Shown: positions 1-11,740 of the stretch, one piece after another
How the letters are laid out: the number at the start of each line of letters is the position of its first letter
Position numbering within the stretch: position 1 is the stretch's first letter
Source of the DNA: Catajapyx aquilonaris
Taxonomy: Eukaryota
Assembly: GCA_000934665.2 (NCBI GenBank)
Contig: KZ538312.1
Coordinates: forward strand, 1 to 64,000
Direction: 5' to 3'
DNA length: 64,000 bases
Translations under genes and position numbers: made by a program
The notes under the pieces: generated by a model
Database searches by the model: none
Told to the model about the DNA's origin: nothing
What the model saw: only the letters and a program-made list of their open reading frames with translations

Positions 1-138
1 CACCACCGGGGTGGGTCATCGTGGCTCCACGTCCAGATATGATCGGAAGTGTCCAAAGGACAAGTGTACCGAGTTTCATACTTTTGTCGCAAAATGCAAA
101 GTATGGGTCAAATTTGTCATCCCTTAGCACCTGGACTA
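1..138. mobile_element. Terminal segment of an Academ-like DNA transposon, cut by the window edge
   Basis: Ends ...TAGCACCTGGACTA (reverse complement begins TAG) after an 'AGTTTCATACTTTTGTCGCAAAATGCA' subterminal motif resembling Academ ends. Recognition from memory only. Confidence 0.4.
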
Positions 139-508
139 TACACACTGTAATTACTCGTAATTGACCTGGAATCTCAACAGGGAAGAATTTATTGAGGGAT
201 AATTAAGGTTCTTTATTAGCAAGCTTTTTTATGTTTTTTTCCGATCCACAGATAATATGGGCACAACAAGCATTATATTTAAAAAGTTAATCTGCATAAT
301 CGCACATAGATGTAGATTCTGCTAGGTATGATGGCGATGATGGTCCTGCAATATTCCTTCGAGCGTTCTTCTCTGCATTATTTCTTGCTCCTCCTATTCC
401 AGGCGGTATATGTGAACAGTGTCCTGCATCTGAGGAAGAGAACAGATAGATGTGAAACTATTGGCCATCACTTGGCCATCACTCACTTTATAGAGACAGA
501 GACATTAA

Positions 509-830
509 CTCCTCCCACCCAATAAAATGCCCCTCCCACTATCGTACAAGTTCCTCCCACTTTATTCAAGCCCGTCCCACTGGGTTTTAGCTCCTCCCAC
601 CCAATGCAATGCCCATCCCATTTATAGACAAGTTCCTCCCACTTTATTCAAGCCCGTCCCACTGGGTTTTAGCTCCACCCATCCAATACAATGCCCCTCC
701 CATCGTCGTACAAGTTCCTCCCACTTTATTCAAGCCCGTCCCACTGGGTTTTAGCTCCTCCCACCCAATGCAATGCCCCTCCCACTTTCGTACAAGTTCC
801 CCTAATTTTATCCCAGCCCCTCCCACTTGC
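509..830. repeat. Minisatellite, ~82 bp unit, ~4 copies
   Basis: Unit CTCCTCCCACCCAATGCAATGCCCCTCCC...TACAAGTTCCTCCCACTTTATTCAAGCCCGTCCCACTGGGTTTTAG recurs at ~509, 591, 673 and 755. Confidence 0.9.
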
Positions 831-1797
831 TCTTAAGCCCCTCCCACGACCCGCATATGCTCCGCCCTCTCATCCGACCGGAGTCTTGCAACGAAATGAG
901 AAACTCTGCGATTCCCGAGTTACGGTATCTCTCACCGAATCCGCTGTAGATGACGACGTCATATCCTGCTTCCTGGCCGGAATTCATTCCGACATTGTCT
1001 TATCAGCAGGCCAGCTCTGGAGGAAATTGGACGCCCCTTGACACCCCGTATGCAACAAACATTCCGCATACTCTCTTCTGCCTCGTCGACTACTGTAAAA
1101 TCCGGATGCGAGAAAAACCTTTGCCGCTAATTATGGGCCTCTGCTAATTACACAATGCGCCGGATATTTTTCTTGCCTCGGGTACTACAAGTATAAAAAA
1201 AGAGTAGCTAGTGTTTCGTCCACTGCTCTATACAGGTGTGTGTGTATAAAGAGCGAGGGGTCGTCCACCTCTGGCAGCCAGAAAATGTGGTCTTGATAAG
1301 AAGCCTGGGGGGCCGCCACACTTTTGCGATTGACCAACCAGGAAGCAGACCCTTAACTTGCCTCCATAAGTATTCCGGAGGCAGGTTTGTGGGGACGATA
1401 AGGGCGTTGACGTATGTGCAGGGGTTGCTGTTATCAGGTCTAAGGGGTCGGGGACAAGTTGAAAGCTATAGTTGAAGGCCCTGTGTGTCGCTTATTGGCA
1501 CCAAGAGATCAGACCAATGAGGTCCAACTGACCAATAAGCTAGGTCAGCGCTACGGTTATCGTGATTTGAGTATCATCTACTAATCCGCTTATTCTCTCT
1601 GTCCACAATCAGGGAGCATATATACTACATGAGAGGCGCAAACATTCGATTTCTGTGTCTCTCTGTTTGGGGCGTTGCCCACACTTCAAAATGGCCGCCA
1701 GCCTTGGCAACGGCCCCAAACAGAGAGACGCGAACATCAGAGGCGCCGACAGAAGTTTGCGCCTCTTACGTATAGTATAATTATGCTCCCTGCCACA

Positions 1798-2055
1798 AGT
1801 TTGTCCGAGTTAACTCATCGCCTACCAGTTACCATAGTTTTCACTTTCCCCATTCAACAATAATTGTGGAATGGGGAAAGTGAAGACTGTGGTAACTGGT
1901 AGGTGATGAGTCAACACGGACAAAGTCCACTGAAGTGGGTCCCATCCTCTCCGACCACTACATGTTCTATAATAATAATTATTAGAGAACATGTAGCGGT
2001 CCGAGAGGGTGGGACCCACTTCAATGGACTTTGTCCGCACAGTGACTCATCACCA
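1798..2055. repeat. Two overlapping long inverted repeats (fold-back/MITE-like)
   Basis: Stem 1 spans ~1798-1926 and stem 2 spans ~1902-2055. They share the GGTGATGAGTCAACACGGACAAAG segment. Confidence 0.8.
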
Positions 2056-2800
2056 ACGTGCATGTTGTACAACTTTCGCCCTGAGAGTGGCAGTAGTGTG
2101 CAGAGGGAGAGCCTGGTATGCGCCAACTGGTAGTGGCCTATACGCCCAAGTTGGGTGGGGTCAAAGTTTAACATGAACCTGATCAACATGTTGTCGCTGT
2201 TCCTGGTTGGTCGATTCGTATCACGTGATCAGCAGGGATGCCAACAGTGCAGGTTGGATTTGGTTGAAGACAACTTCCTCCATCTGTGGTCAAACCTGGG
2301 GACTAATCCTCGTGTACAGCAATGCAACTGAATTCTGATTCATTTCCAAGCATGATTACATTTCTGAATTGAAGCGAATAAATAATTCATCCGGGGAAAT
2401 ATGCTTGATCTTGACTATCAGTGTCAAGCCAGAGTCGGAAGTACAAGGAATGCAACGAGATGGTCAACGGAGCGGGGACGAGGCTGCAGCGGTTGGGACG
2501 TGTCATGCAGAGGGAGAACGGAGGTGGCTGCCATCCCGTCAGCAACCAGGTGGTGGTCGACTACTTCAGGCAGACCGGAAATGCATACCACCTTCGTACC
2601 TTCGTACAGTTAATGTGGCATGTAGCCATAATTAGCGTGAACCTGCCTACCATTTTTTCCTTCCTGAGAAACACCTGCGCAGTACTCCAGTCATCAAGTC
2701 CAATCCGTAGCATCTGATACCAAAGGTCCGCTGGCGGAGATCAACCTGAAAGTGAAGTCGTATCAAACGGAAGCCTGCAAAATTCAGTCTTAATCAGGTA

Positions 2801-2896
2801 TTTTTGCCTGAGTACGAGTACTTGTAGTAATTACGCATTTTTTTTTTAAATAAAAAAAATGCGTAATTACTACAAGTACTCGTACTCAGGCAAAAA
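2801..2896. repeat. Near-perfect inverted repeat (hairpin)
   Basis: TTTTTGCCTGAGTACGAGTACTTGTAGTAATTACGCATTTT...AAAATGCGTAATTACTACAAGTACTCGTACTCAGGCAAAAA. Confidence 0.9.
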
Positions 2897-3297
2897 AAAA
2901 CTATATTACAAAAATGCAAGCTAAATTTGGTCAAAAAATTCTCATCTACCGTTGCTTACAAACATGTAAAATTAGTTGTTCTCACCTGTTTATTCCATAT
3001 CTTTCGTAAGATTGTGTGTTGGCAGTAACATTTTGCTTAATAATTAAAATGACTGCAATTGTGCAATGGAAGGGGGAAAAAAAACCATTTCTGGGGCCTT
3101 GAAATCAACAAATGGAATAAAAGTGGTACACAAACTGTCATCTCTTAGAAGGTTTATTATTAAATTACAATGAACTTCGCCTTCCCTAATAGAGTCGGCG
3201 CACTTGGCTTTAACATAAAAGTCTGCTAATTTCATATTGTAATTAACATGCGACTGCATAAATTTTTCAAACCTGCAGTAGGTTTAACGCAAATTAT

Positions 3298-5085
3298 TCA
3301 TATTGTGACTGTTTCATCCGTCGCTTTATGCAAACCTTGCGTATGATTTGTTAAATCAGATTCACTCGCAAAAGTCGCACCGCAAGATCCGCATTTAAAC
3401 AACTTGTCATTGTGCTTCTTTACGTGTTGACAGTAGTAGCGATAGTCTTTAAAGGACTTTTCGCATACATCGCATTTGTGCAACCCTTTCTTGTGAACCA
3501 CCCGAATGTGGACCCCCAAATAGCTTTCAGACGATAGGATTTTGCTACAAATGTGGCACTTGTACGGAGAATCGTCTGAGTGTTCAGCTTTGAAATGCTC
3601 CACCAAACGCCTGCTCTGAACGAACGACTTGTGGCACTCGCTGCACGAATATGGCTTCTTTGTATGAGTCGATTCGTGCGCTTCCAAACCGGCCTGAAAT
3701 TCAAAGCACTTTCCGCATACGTCACATGCGTAGGACTTCTCGACATGTTTGCGCTGATGGCTGGCAAGGTCGCAAGGGCGGAAGAACTGCTTGTCGCAGT
3801 AGTCGCACGTGTACGGATTCTCCCGATGGCGTGTCCGCAAGTGACTCTTCAACCACTCGTCCTTGGCAAACGTCTGATCGCACCGGCTGCAAGCAAACGG
3901 CTTAATCTTCTGCGCACTATGCGTAATCACATGCATGGTCAGGCTGCTCTTTTGGCTAAACGATCGACCGCATATGTCGCACGTGAAGGGCTTCTCCCCC
4001 GTATGACTCCGCATGTGCCGCGCCAAGTGGCCGAAGCAGCTGAAGGTCTTTGCGCACAGTTCGCATCTTGCCATGCTCAAATCCGGATGTCGTGTCCGCA
4101 TATGCTGGGTCAGCCATTGTTCGGTTGCGAATTTGGCTTGGCAATACTTACACGGGTGGAGCGTACCGTGGTTCGTACTCTCAGGCTGCTTATCCGGATG
4201 CGCTGTCTTAATGTGATGCGACAACCAAGCCTCGGTCGTGAAGCAGGAGTCGCAGTACTCACACTGGTGCGTGTCGCTACTTCCTGGGTTCGTATCGAGC
4301 GGATCTGTCGCTTCCGTCGTGTCGAAAGTGGCCTCAATTTCCTCCTCCTCCATCTTCACCTGTACGTCGCACTCTGCCGTCTCCTCTTCTGCAGGTTGCG
4401 GGGCATGTTCCTCCTTGATTTGACCCGCAGTTGACCCGGAGTTGACCTCCATTTCCCATGTCTCTTCAGCGGAACAAGTGTCTTCAACCTTGACATCCAT
4501 CGCAGGCTGATCTGTAGAGAAAGTAGTTAACACCAATCGCAATCTCACGTATCTGCACATACCCACAGCTGCTGGGGATCGCCCTTATGCCATTGAGGGT
4601 ACTAATTGAGCCCCGGGGCGAACAAGCCCGGGCAAAAACACCAGAGAAAACACAGGGGCCAGAATCGAACGTTTCACAGAAGGTAACAGCGCTATTGACA
4701 GATGCGGCCAAAATTCGAACTAAAAAGCAAAGCTGCTGCTAATAACGGTTATCGAACATAGCCGCTACTTAAGCCAGTTCAAAAGTAACGTTACATGCTA
4801 TTCGGCTATTTATTGCGCCAATTATGTATTTTAATTACCGTTTTCCTCAATTAGGGTTGCGGTGCTGCTGGCGGGTGAGCGGCCGTGCTTCTTGAGCACG
4901 TTTGTGACGGTGGAGCGGTTGAGGTTGAGCGCCAGGGCGGCCCTCTCCCTGGCGGAGGAGAACGGGGCGAGAGGGCGTCCCACGGCCTTCTCGGCGTCGA
5001 AGAAGGAGCAGACGTTCAGTATGAGCCGCTGCGCCTGGTGTCCGAATCTCTCCCCCTTGAACTGCCCGCCGGACGACCTCGACAT
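3298..5085 (-). CDS. C2H2 zinc-finger protein (11 fingers) with an N-terminal HTH-like exon, ~486 aa
   Basis: Exons 5085-4839 (MSRSSGGQF...IEEN, donor G|GTAATT) and 4511-3298 (acceptor TTTCTCTACAG|AT). The phase-1 join G+AT gives Asp in frame. There are 11 CxxC...HxxxH fingers including a TGEKPF linker, preceded by an acidic spacer. The ZnF exon is secure; the upstream exon link is inferred. Confidence 0.85.
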
Positions 5086-5469
5086 TGTTCCCAAAGAAAG
5101 ACGACAACAACCACAGAGAGCGAAGGAAGAAAATTTTGGGAGTGACGTCAGTCGGACCTTTTTCCGAGATGGCGGCTGCAGCAGAGTTGCCAACAGGACG
5201 AATACTTTTATTTTCCTTTCCAAAAATGACCATGCAAAAAAAAAAAATGCTGCAATTTCTCTCGAAATCAAAATGAATTTGGTTGACCATTTGAAGAAAT
5301 TGTTATGAAGGAAAAAATGCGTTACGAGGATTTTTCCAGCCGTCCGAATGCACCCAAAATCAATAAAATATGGCGGGTCTTTTGAATCTCGTTTTTGTTT
5401 GCGGATTTCTCTGATTCGCACTGTTTTTTTGGCGAGGCGAATGTTTGCCGAAATTCTGTCCTAAAGGTT

Positions 5470-5747
5470 CCTAATAATAACTAATAATTCCTAATAATAA
5501 CTAATAATAATAACTAATAATAATAACTAATAATAATAATTCCTAATAATAACTAATAATTCCTAATAACTAATAATAATAACTAATAATTCCTAATAAT
5601 AACTAATACTAATAACTAATAATTCCTAATAATTAATAATAACTAATAATTCCTCATAATAACTAATAATAATAACTAATAATAACTAATAATTCCTCAT
5701 AATAATAATAACTAATAATTCCTAATAATAACTAATAATTCCTAATA
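5470..5747. repeat. AT-rich low-complexity tandem repeat (TAATAAC/TAATTCC units)
   Basis: Direct inspection. Confidence 0.9.
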
Positions 5748-6020
5748 AGTCACATCTTATAAGTGCTTGTGTTGCTGTAGCCTTTTGGAGTGACCGCACC
5801 AGTACAACTCATCGGGAAAGGAGTAGTACCAATGATAAGGAAAAGCCACTCAAATCCGACTATAAATGAGGAAATTGTTTCGAGACTCCCTCAGGATCAA
5901 ACTGTCACTTATTTATTCTTATATGTGCGGACACATTGTTGTGCCAAGCGGCTTTTGAGAGACATTGTAACCTTCTCTGAGACAATAAAAAAACAGGGCT
6001 GTGATTTCTATCAAAATTAA

Positions 6021-6152
6021 CCTCCTGAGACCCCCTAGTACACCTTTCAATCACCTTTGTTTGTTTGTTGTTTTTTTTTACGCGTTTGAGTTAGTCAGAA
6101 GGTGCTGGAAAAAAACAAAGGTACAGTATACTGTACCAGGGGTCTCAGGAGG
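6021..6152. mobile_element. piggyBac-like MITE
   Basis: TIRs CCTCCTGAGACCCC / GGGGTCTCAGGAGG, with TTAA on both sides (6017-6020 and 6153-6156). Confidence 0.75.
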
Positions 6153-6535
6153 TTAAAGGTATTTGGAGCCATTTGAGGAAATGTTATGAGAGACAAGTTA
6201 TATTATATTTCTTTGTATACTAAATAAATTGCAATCCTATATTGGAAATTTAATAATATATATTTTCCTCAACGCTTTTTTTCTTCTTCAATATTTAAAA
6301 CCAATTTTACAGCTTGAATACAGGTGGTTTTAATGACAATCTGCTGCGAAATTTAATTAGTGTATTAGATTAAAATATGCAGCCAATTTTTAACGAGCAT
6401 ATTTGCATTCATAAATGTACACTTAATTAATATAGTAACTAACATATATTATTCTTGCTAGTCTTGCAGTGATGGGGGGGGGGGGGGGGGGGGGNCTTTA
6501 CAATAAGTACCGGTACATAACGGGAGTATCGAAGT

Positions 6536-6608
6536 AGCGCAGTGGTCCAGTGGCTAAGCCGCTGTCTTCGTAACCTGAAGGTTGAAGGATCGAATCATTT
6601 CGTCTGTG
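6536..6608 (+). mobile_element. Degenerate tRNA-like sequence (SINE head or pseudo-tRNA)
   Basis: A-box-like TGGTCCAGTGG and B-box-like GGATCGAATC. The stems pair poorly. Confidence 0.45.
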
Positions 6609-6711
6609 ATCATGCAAAACCTCGTATTTTCCATTGGTTTTTGCAGGAGATATGAGGTTTTGCATGATCATTGACGATTTGTAACTTCAATTTCATTTAA
6701 TGGGGGGGGGG

Positions 6712-6793
6712 AAAAAAAAATCGCTCCAGTCTGGGCTGGAACCTGGGACCTTACAATTACCAGGCGGTGACCCTAACCATTCGCCTACAAGCT
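6712..6793 (-). mobile_element. Degenerate tRNA-like sequence followed by a poly-T run
   Basis: The minus strand reads GCTTGTAGGCGAATGGTTAGG...AAGGTCCCAGGTTCCAGCCCAGACTGGAGCGA then T9 (A box, B box, Pol III terminator-like). Confidence 0.45.
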
Positions 6794-8035
6794 AAGAGTA
6801 GATATCAACCTCTCTTGGAAGTTGTAGTTCCACTACAGGATTATGAGGCTGTTCTTTGTCTAACAGAAAAGAAACCATGTTAGCAACTGTTTATTAGCAA
6901 AACTCTGCCCATTGCGCCATCACATTACAAAATAATTTCTGCACATGCAGCTGCTTTTAAGTTGTGCCAATTTAGTCATATCCATTTACAAGTTACATGC
7001 TCCTCGTCAGCTCAGGAACAGCACGGAAAATGCCATAGCGATGCAGCAGGCAGCCACCCAAGGGCTCTTCCTCTCACCGATGCGGGCGCACTTCCAGAAA
7101 GTGCCGGAAAACCTGCGAAGGTCAACGACAGCGGTTTTTCATTCCGCAACGTACTTGTACGCATCATACTGAATTGTCGTGGGCTTAATTAGGATTTCAA
7201 CCTGAATTCCCTTCTCACCCAGTTTTGTTCCTGTCGATGATGCTGGGCGCAATGGAGCGTACGTAAGCGCAGGTGCAGATGAGCAGCAGGACCACGCACA
7301 GCAAGCTTTGGAAGTTGAAAAGGGCCGACTGCACGGTACAAACAAAAACATAAGTTGCAGATGAACCACTGGAATCAAGTCTAATTAAATTTCTCACCAT
7401 TTTTCAGCAAAAAAAAATTAATAATTATTCATCACGCCGCCATCTTGGAATCGCCGAGCCGATTACACCGCAGCTGCTGCAAAATCGCCGCTACTTGAAA
7501 ATAACGGCTACCTTTAAATCGCGGCTACTTGTAACCAGTTATTCGGCTAAATTAATATTTTTTAAAAAAATGCGCAGTTTCAGTAATTGTGTTTACCTTG
7601 AACGTATTTAATGTTTTTAAAGTTAATAATGACCATATTTTGGTGTTTAAAAAAACTGGAGCTGTCCACATTGGAGCGGGTGAGGTCGTGACGTCACATG
7701 TGCAGACGACAAACTGGGTTTAATTAGTTTAACCTGGATTTAATCCTAATTGAGCGTTAATTACGGCGCGTTGTTTAATTGCGACGTGGCATTATATTTA
7801 TGAAGGTCGATTTTTTTTTTGATTATAATTCAGTAGGCGAAAGGGTGGAGCCGCCATGTTGACTCCGCCCTGTTGACTCTCTTCAGCAAGGAGTCTGCTG
7901 CACTAGTTTTTTCCCCCCTTCGTTTTTTTTTTTAAATTACTCCCCCCCACAGTTTAATTAACTGTCGTGTACTGCTTGTAATGACTTTTGTATGTTTTGC
8001 ACATCACACGTGAGAAGCAGCAGGCATCCGTCAGC

Positions 8036-10090
8036 ATGGTTCAGTCAGGCGGGGCTGGCAACGCCGGCCGTACGGGTATCCGTGTCTTCAAGATCGTCGT
8101 GCTGGGAGAAGGAGGCGTCGGAAAGTCCGGTCAGCAAATACCCCCTAATTAACCCGACTAATTAACAAACGCGTATTTAACAGCACTGCCCGTCATCAGT
8201 CACATGATCAGACTAGCCAATCACTGCTGCGTGACGTCAATTGTTGGCGGGATATTTGAATACTGTGACCTCACAGTTGTTGGCAGTGCTGTTTAATTAA
8301 GCTACTAATTAGTCGAGCCAGAAATTGGCCAAAAAAACACTGGGTTTGTGTGCAGTTGGCCAGTCACATGATCAGATCTGGCCAATCACAGCTGGTTAGC
8401 TCCACATTTCAAACTGAGCTGTTGGCTGTATAGTGTATATATTGTGCCGGAATATTTAATTAACCAACTAATTAGTCGCTTAAAATAGGTCAAAAGCAAT
8501 ATTTAATACCCAAGTACACGAATCACCCTGGAATATCCAGTGGATATCCAAATATCCAGTGGCGATTCAGTGGATATCTGGATATACATGGGATATTCCA
8601 GGGCGATTCGTGCTACTTGGGAAGCAGTTGGCAGCACTGACAGTCACATGATCAAGCTAGCCAATCACAGCTGCGTGATGTCACCGTTGGCAACATTGTG
8701 CCATGATATTTAATTAAGCATGTAATTAGTCGAATTAGTCACTGTTGTGCCATGATATTTAATTAAGCATGCAATTAATCAGCTGAAATTGGCCAAAAAA
8801 ATCCCAATTGAGTTGGCAGCAATGTCAGTCACATGATTAGGGTAGCCAATCACATGTGCGTGACGTCACTGTTGTCGCCGTAATTATATGAAATGTTATG
8901 ACGTCACTATAGTCGCCATATATGAAATGTGATGACGTCACCATTGGCAATATTATGGCGATAATTGTTTAATTAGTCGCCAGAAATTGGCAAGCATTTT
9001 GTGGCCCCTAATTAACACGTCTAATTGGCGCAAATTAGCATAAAGTTGGCAGCACTGCCTGAAGTCACATGATCAGGGTAGCCAATCACAGCTGCGTGAC
9101 GTCACTGCTGGCGCCATGTTTGAATTGATGACGTATCACAGGCTGTGTGACGTCACTGTTGGCGCCATGTTTGAATTGATGACGTCACTGCCATTGGCAA
9201 TATTGTTGCGCCACGTTGGCAACACTGTGGCGGGACATTTCAAATTGCGCTGAATGTTAATTATTATTATTGATATGTTGCGATTGGATTTGCAGCTCTG
9301 ACGTTGCAGTTCGTGAGCCATCGCTTTCTGGAGTACCACGATCCGACCATAGGTAAATGAGCGATTGCGCTTTCCGTGCCCGTTGCTTTACACCTGCGCT
9401 TTTCCAGAGGATGCGTACCAGCAGCAGGCGGTGATCGACGGAGAGGCGGCCAAGCTGGACATACTGGACACTGCAGGTCAGGTGGAGTTCACGGCCATGC
9501 GTGACCAGTACATGCGATGCGGCGAGGGCTTCGTACTCTGCTACTCCATCACGGACCGGCGTAGCTTCGAGGAGGTGCAGGAGTACAGGCGGCTCATATC
9601 CAAAGTCAGAGCGTGCGACGACATTCCGCTGGTGCTGGTCGGAAACAAGTTTGATCTAGCCGAAGGAAGAAAGGTCAGTTCGATGCGAGGTCGCTCACCT
9701 GGTTTGACCCCATTTAATCTGTAGGTGTCGAGCGAGGAGGGTCAGACGCTGGCTGGCCAGTTCGGCTGCCCTTTCTTCGAGACGTCGGCCGCTTTGCGCC
9801 ACTATGTCGACGATGCTTTTTACGCACTGGTCAGGGAGATAAGGCAGCGGGAGGTCAAGAAGCCAGGCGGAAGTGCGGGAAAGGTCAAGTCAAGCAGCAA
9901 GTCCAAGCTGATCGGCCACACTTCGTCGGCGCAGTCACCCGCTACGTCCTCGTCGGCCTCGTCCGCACCACCGTCGCCGACCGGCGTTGGGGAGGCCATG
10001 ACGGCGCAGAAGCACAGCCGGTGGCGCCGGTTCCGGAACATATTCGCGTTTATATTCAGGCGGAAACAGAACCGCGCAATTGACAAGTGA
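8036..10090 (+). CDS. Ric: Ras-like GTPase of the Rit/Rin/Ric subfamily, ~260 aa
   Basis: Exons 8036-8129, 9296-9352, 9408-9673 and 9725-10090, all GT-AG and in phase. Motifs: G1 GEGGVGKS, Rit/Ric-type effector HDPTIEDAY, DTAGQ, NKFD, ETSA. Polybasic C-terminus without a CAAX box. Confidence 0.93.
8180..9230. repeat. Degenerate repeat array in Ric intron 1 with E-box, CCAAT and CRE motifs
   Basis: AGTCACATGAT...GCCAATCAC occurs at ~8197, 8361, 8641, 8826 and 9063. TGACGTCA occurs at 8232, 8861, 8899, 8933, 9097, 9148 and 9180. Confidence 0.75.
8508..8621. mobile_element. Small fold-back MITE
   Basis: CCCAAGTACACGAATCACCCTGGAATATCC ... GGATATTCCAGGGCGATTCGTGCTACTTGGG inverted ends. Confidence 0.65.
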
Positions 10091-11569
10091 GCAGCAAATG
10101 TACAGGGTGACACAATAGAGCGTCAATCCGGCCAGATTGCGCTTAATTACCATCAACAGTACAAGCACAACCCGGCCGGATACGTCTCATCAGGTTTCAA
10201 ATCGGATTGTACTGTTGCATGATCCCCCGCAATTGTTGGCAACAATTAACCTCGAGCATACCACTGACTAGAAGCTCCCCAGTTAAGATAATTAGCAACA
10301 ACGATTAAACCGCATGCAAATTATGTGCCACCCTGCTTGCAAAAAAATAAATAGTAGTTACATTCAGGCGTACTTCAACCGAACAACGAGCATTACAATG
10401 TACGCAACTCAGCGACGAGATAAAAATACTGACAATACCTCCACGCAAAATAAAATAATTGAATTTTGAAGGAGGGTAGCGTACAGTGTGACCCTCTGTA
10501 CCAAAATGTTTTTAAAACTAATGAGTACATATGCATTGAGATGTAAATATTGTAATGGTTTTAATTAGAATTAGACATCGCATATTACCAACTAGTCGAG
10601 TGCAGGGATAATTTTTTAATTTATTTTTTAATTGTTGTATCCGATGCAAATGTTTTAATTTCTGTTGTTTTTTTTGGGTATGGGATGAACACTATATGTT
10701 TTCGCCACTGGAAATATTTTATTTTAATTTTTTTCTGTTGTTAAATTACAGCACTTGTTCAATTCCGCATTGTATAATTACGAAATAAGCCTGTTATTTT
10801 AACATAATGTCTGTATTAACACAAGTAAACACAAAGAAAAAGACGGCAGCTAAACTTTCTTCCGAAAAATTAACCAAAGAACGTGCCAATTATTCCCCCA
10901 AGCTTGTAAATCAGTCTGTGTAAAACTGTACATAAAAAGTGTATCGTTACGTAGAAAAAAATATGGGTCAGCAATCGCAGGAAATTACATTTTTCCCTCT
11001 TCCCACCCCCCCTGCGACGAGGGTGGAAGTGTCAGTCGATTCCGAGTCGGCTACGACAAAAAATGTTTTTTTTCCCCCCCTCCCACCCGATACATGCGCT
11101 TTGTAAACATGTAATTGGACATCAATAAAAAATAAATCAGTTACGCTTTCTTGCGTGTATCATCTGCATAATGCTTTAAGTAAATTATTATCATGACATG
11201 ATTCGTCCTTAATCTCGTTGGCAATGCTGCCAAATCATCATAATCACTACACATAACCTGATTACCAGAAAATCCGGGTCAGCATTTCAATAGTTATGAT
11301 TCGCACATTAAAACAGTACATTTTGATACATCAATTAATTAATTGATCGGATATTAATAAGTAATCCGGCTCAGAATTTCAACAGTTATGAATTGTCCAG
11401 TAATTAAACTAATAACATTTAAGTAACAGTACATTATTTTGATACAGCATTTAATCAATTGTTCATGTACAGTTTATCAATTAAAAAATTTACCAAATTC
11501 ATCAATAATTGAATTATCAAATGTAGTTTATCAATTAATAATTAATGGAATTATCAAATAATAATTAAT

Positions 11570-11740
11570 TGATTTATCAAAATAATGTACTGTTTATTAA
11601 TTAATTGATCAAAATAATGTACTGTTTATTAATTAATTGATCAAAATAATGTACTGTTTATGAATTAATTGATCAAAATAATGTACTGTTTATTAATTAA
11701 TTGGTCAAAATAATGCACTGCTAATTAATTAATTGAATTA
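11570..11740. repeat. AT-rich minisatellite, 32 bp unit, ~5 copies
   Basis: Unit ATCAAAATAATGTACTGTTTATTAATTAATTG. Confidence 0.85.

Noticed and set aside
527..1041. Three similar Pro-rich ORFs (MPLPLSYKFLPLY...)
   Set aside because: They are translations of the 82 bp minisatellite in shifting frames.
850..1760. Possible LTR or viral promoter region with TATA and CCAAT motifs
   Set aside because: No paired LTR, PBS/PPT or gag/pol similarity visible.
3580..4434. 284 aa + strand ORF
   Set aside because: Antisense shadow of the zinc-finger exon.
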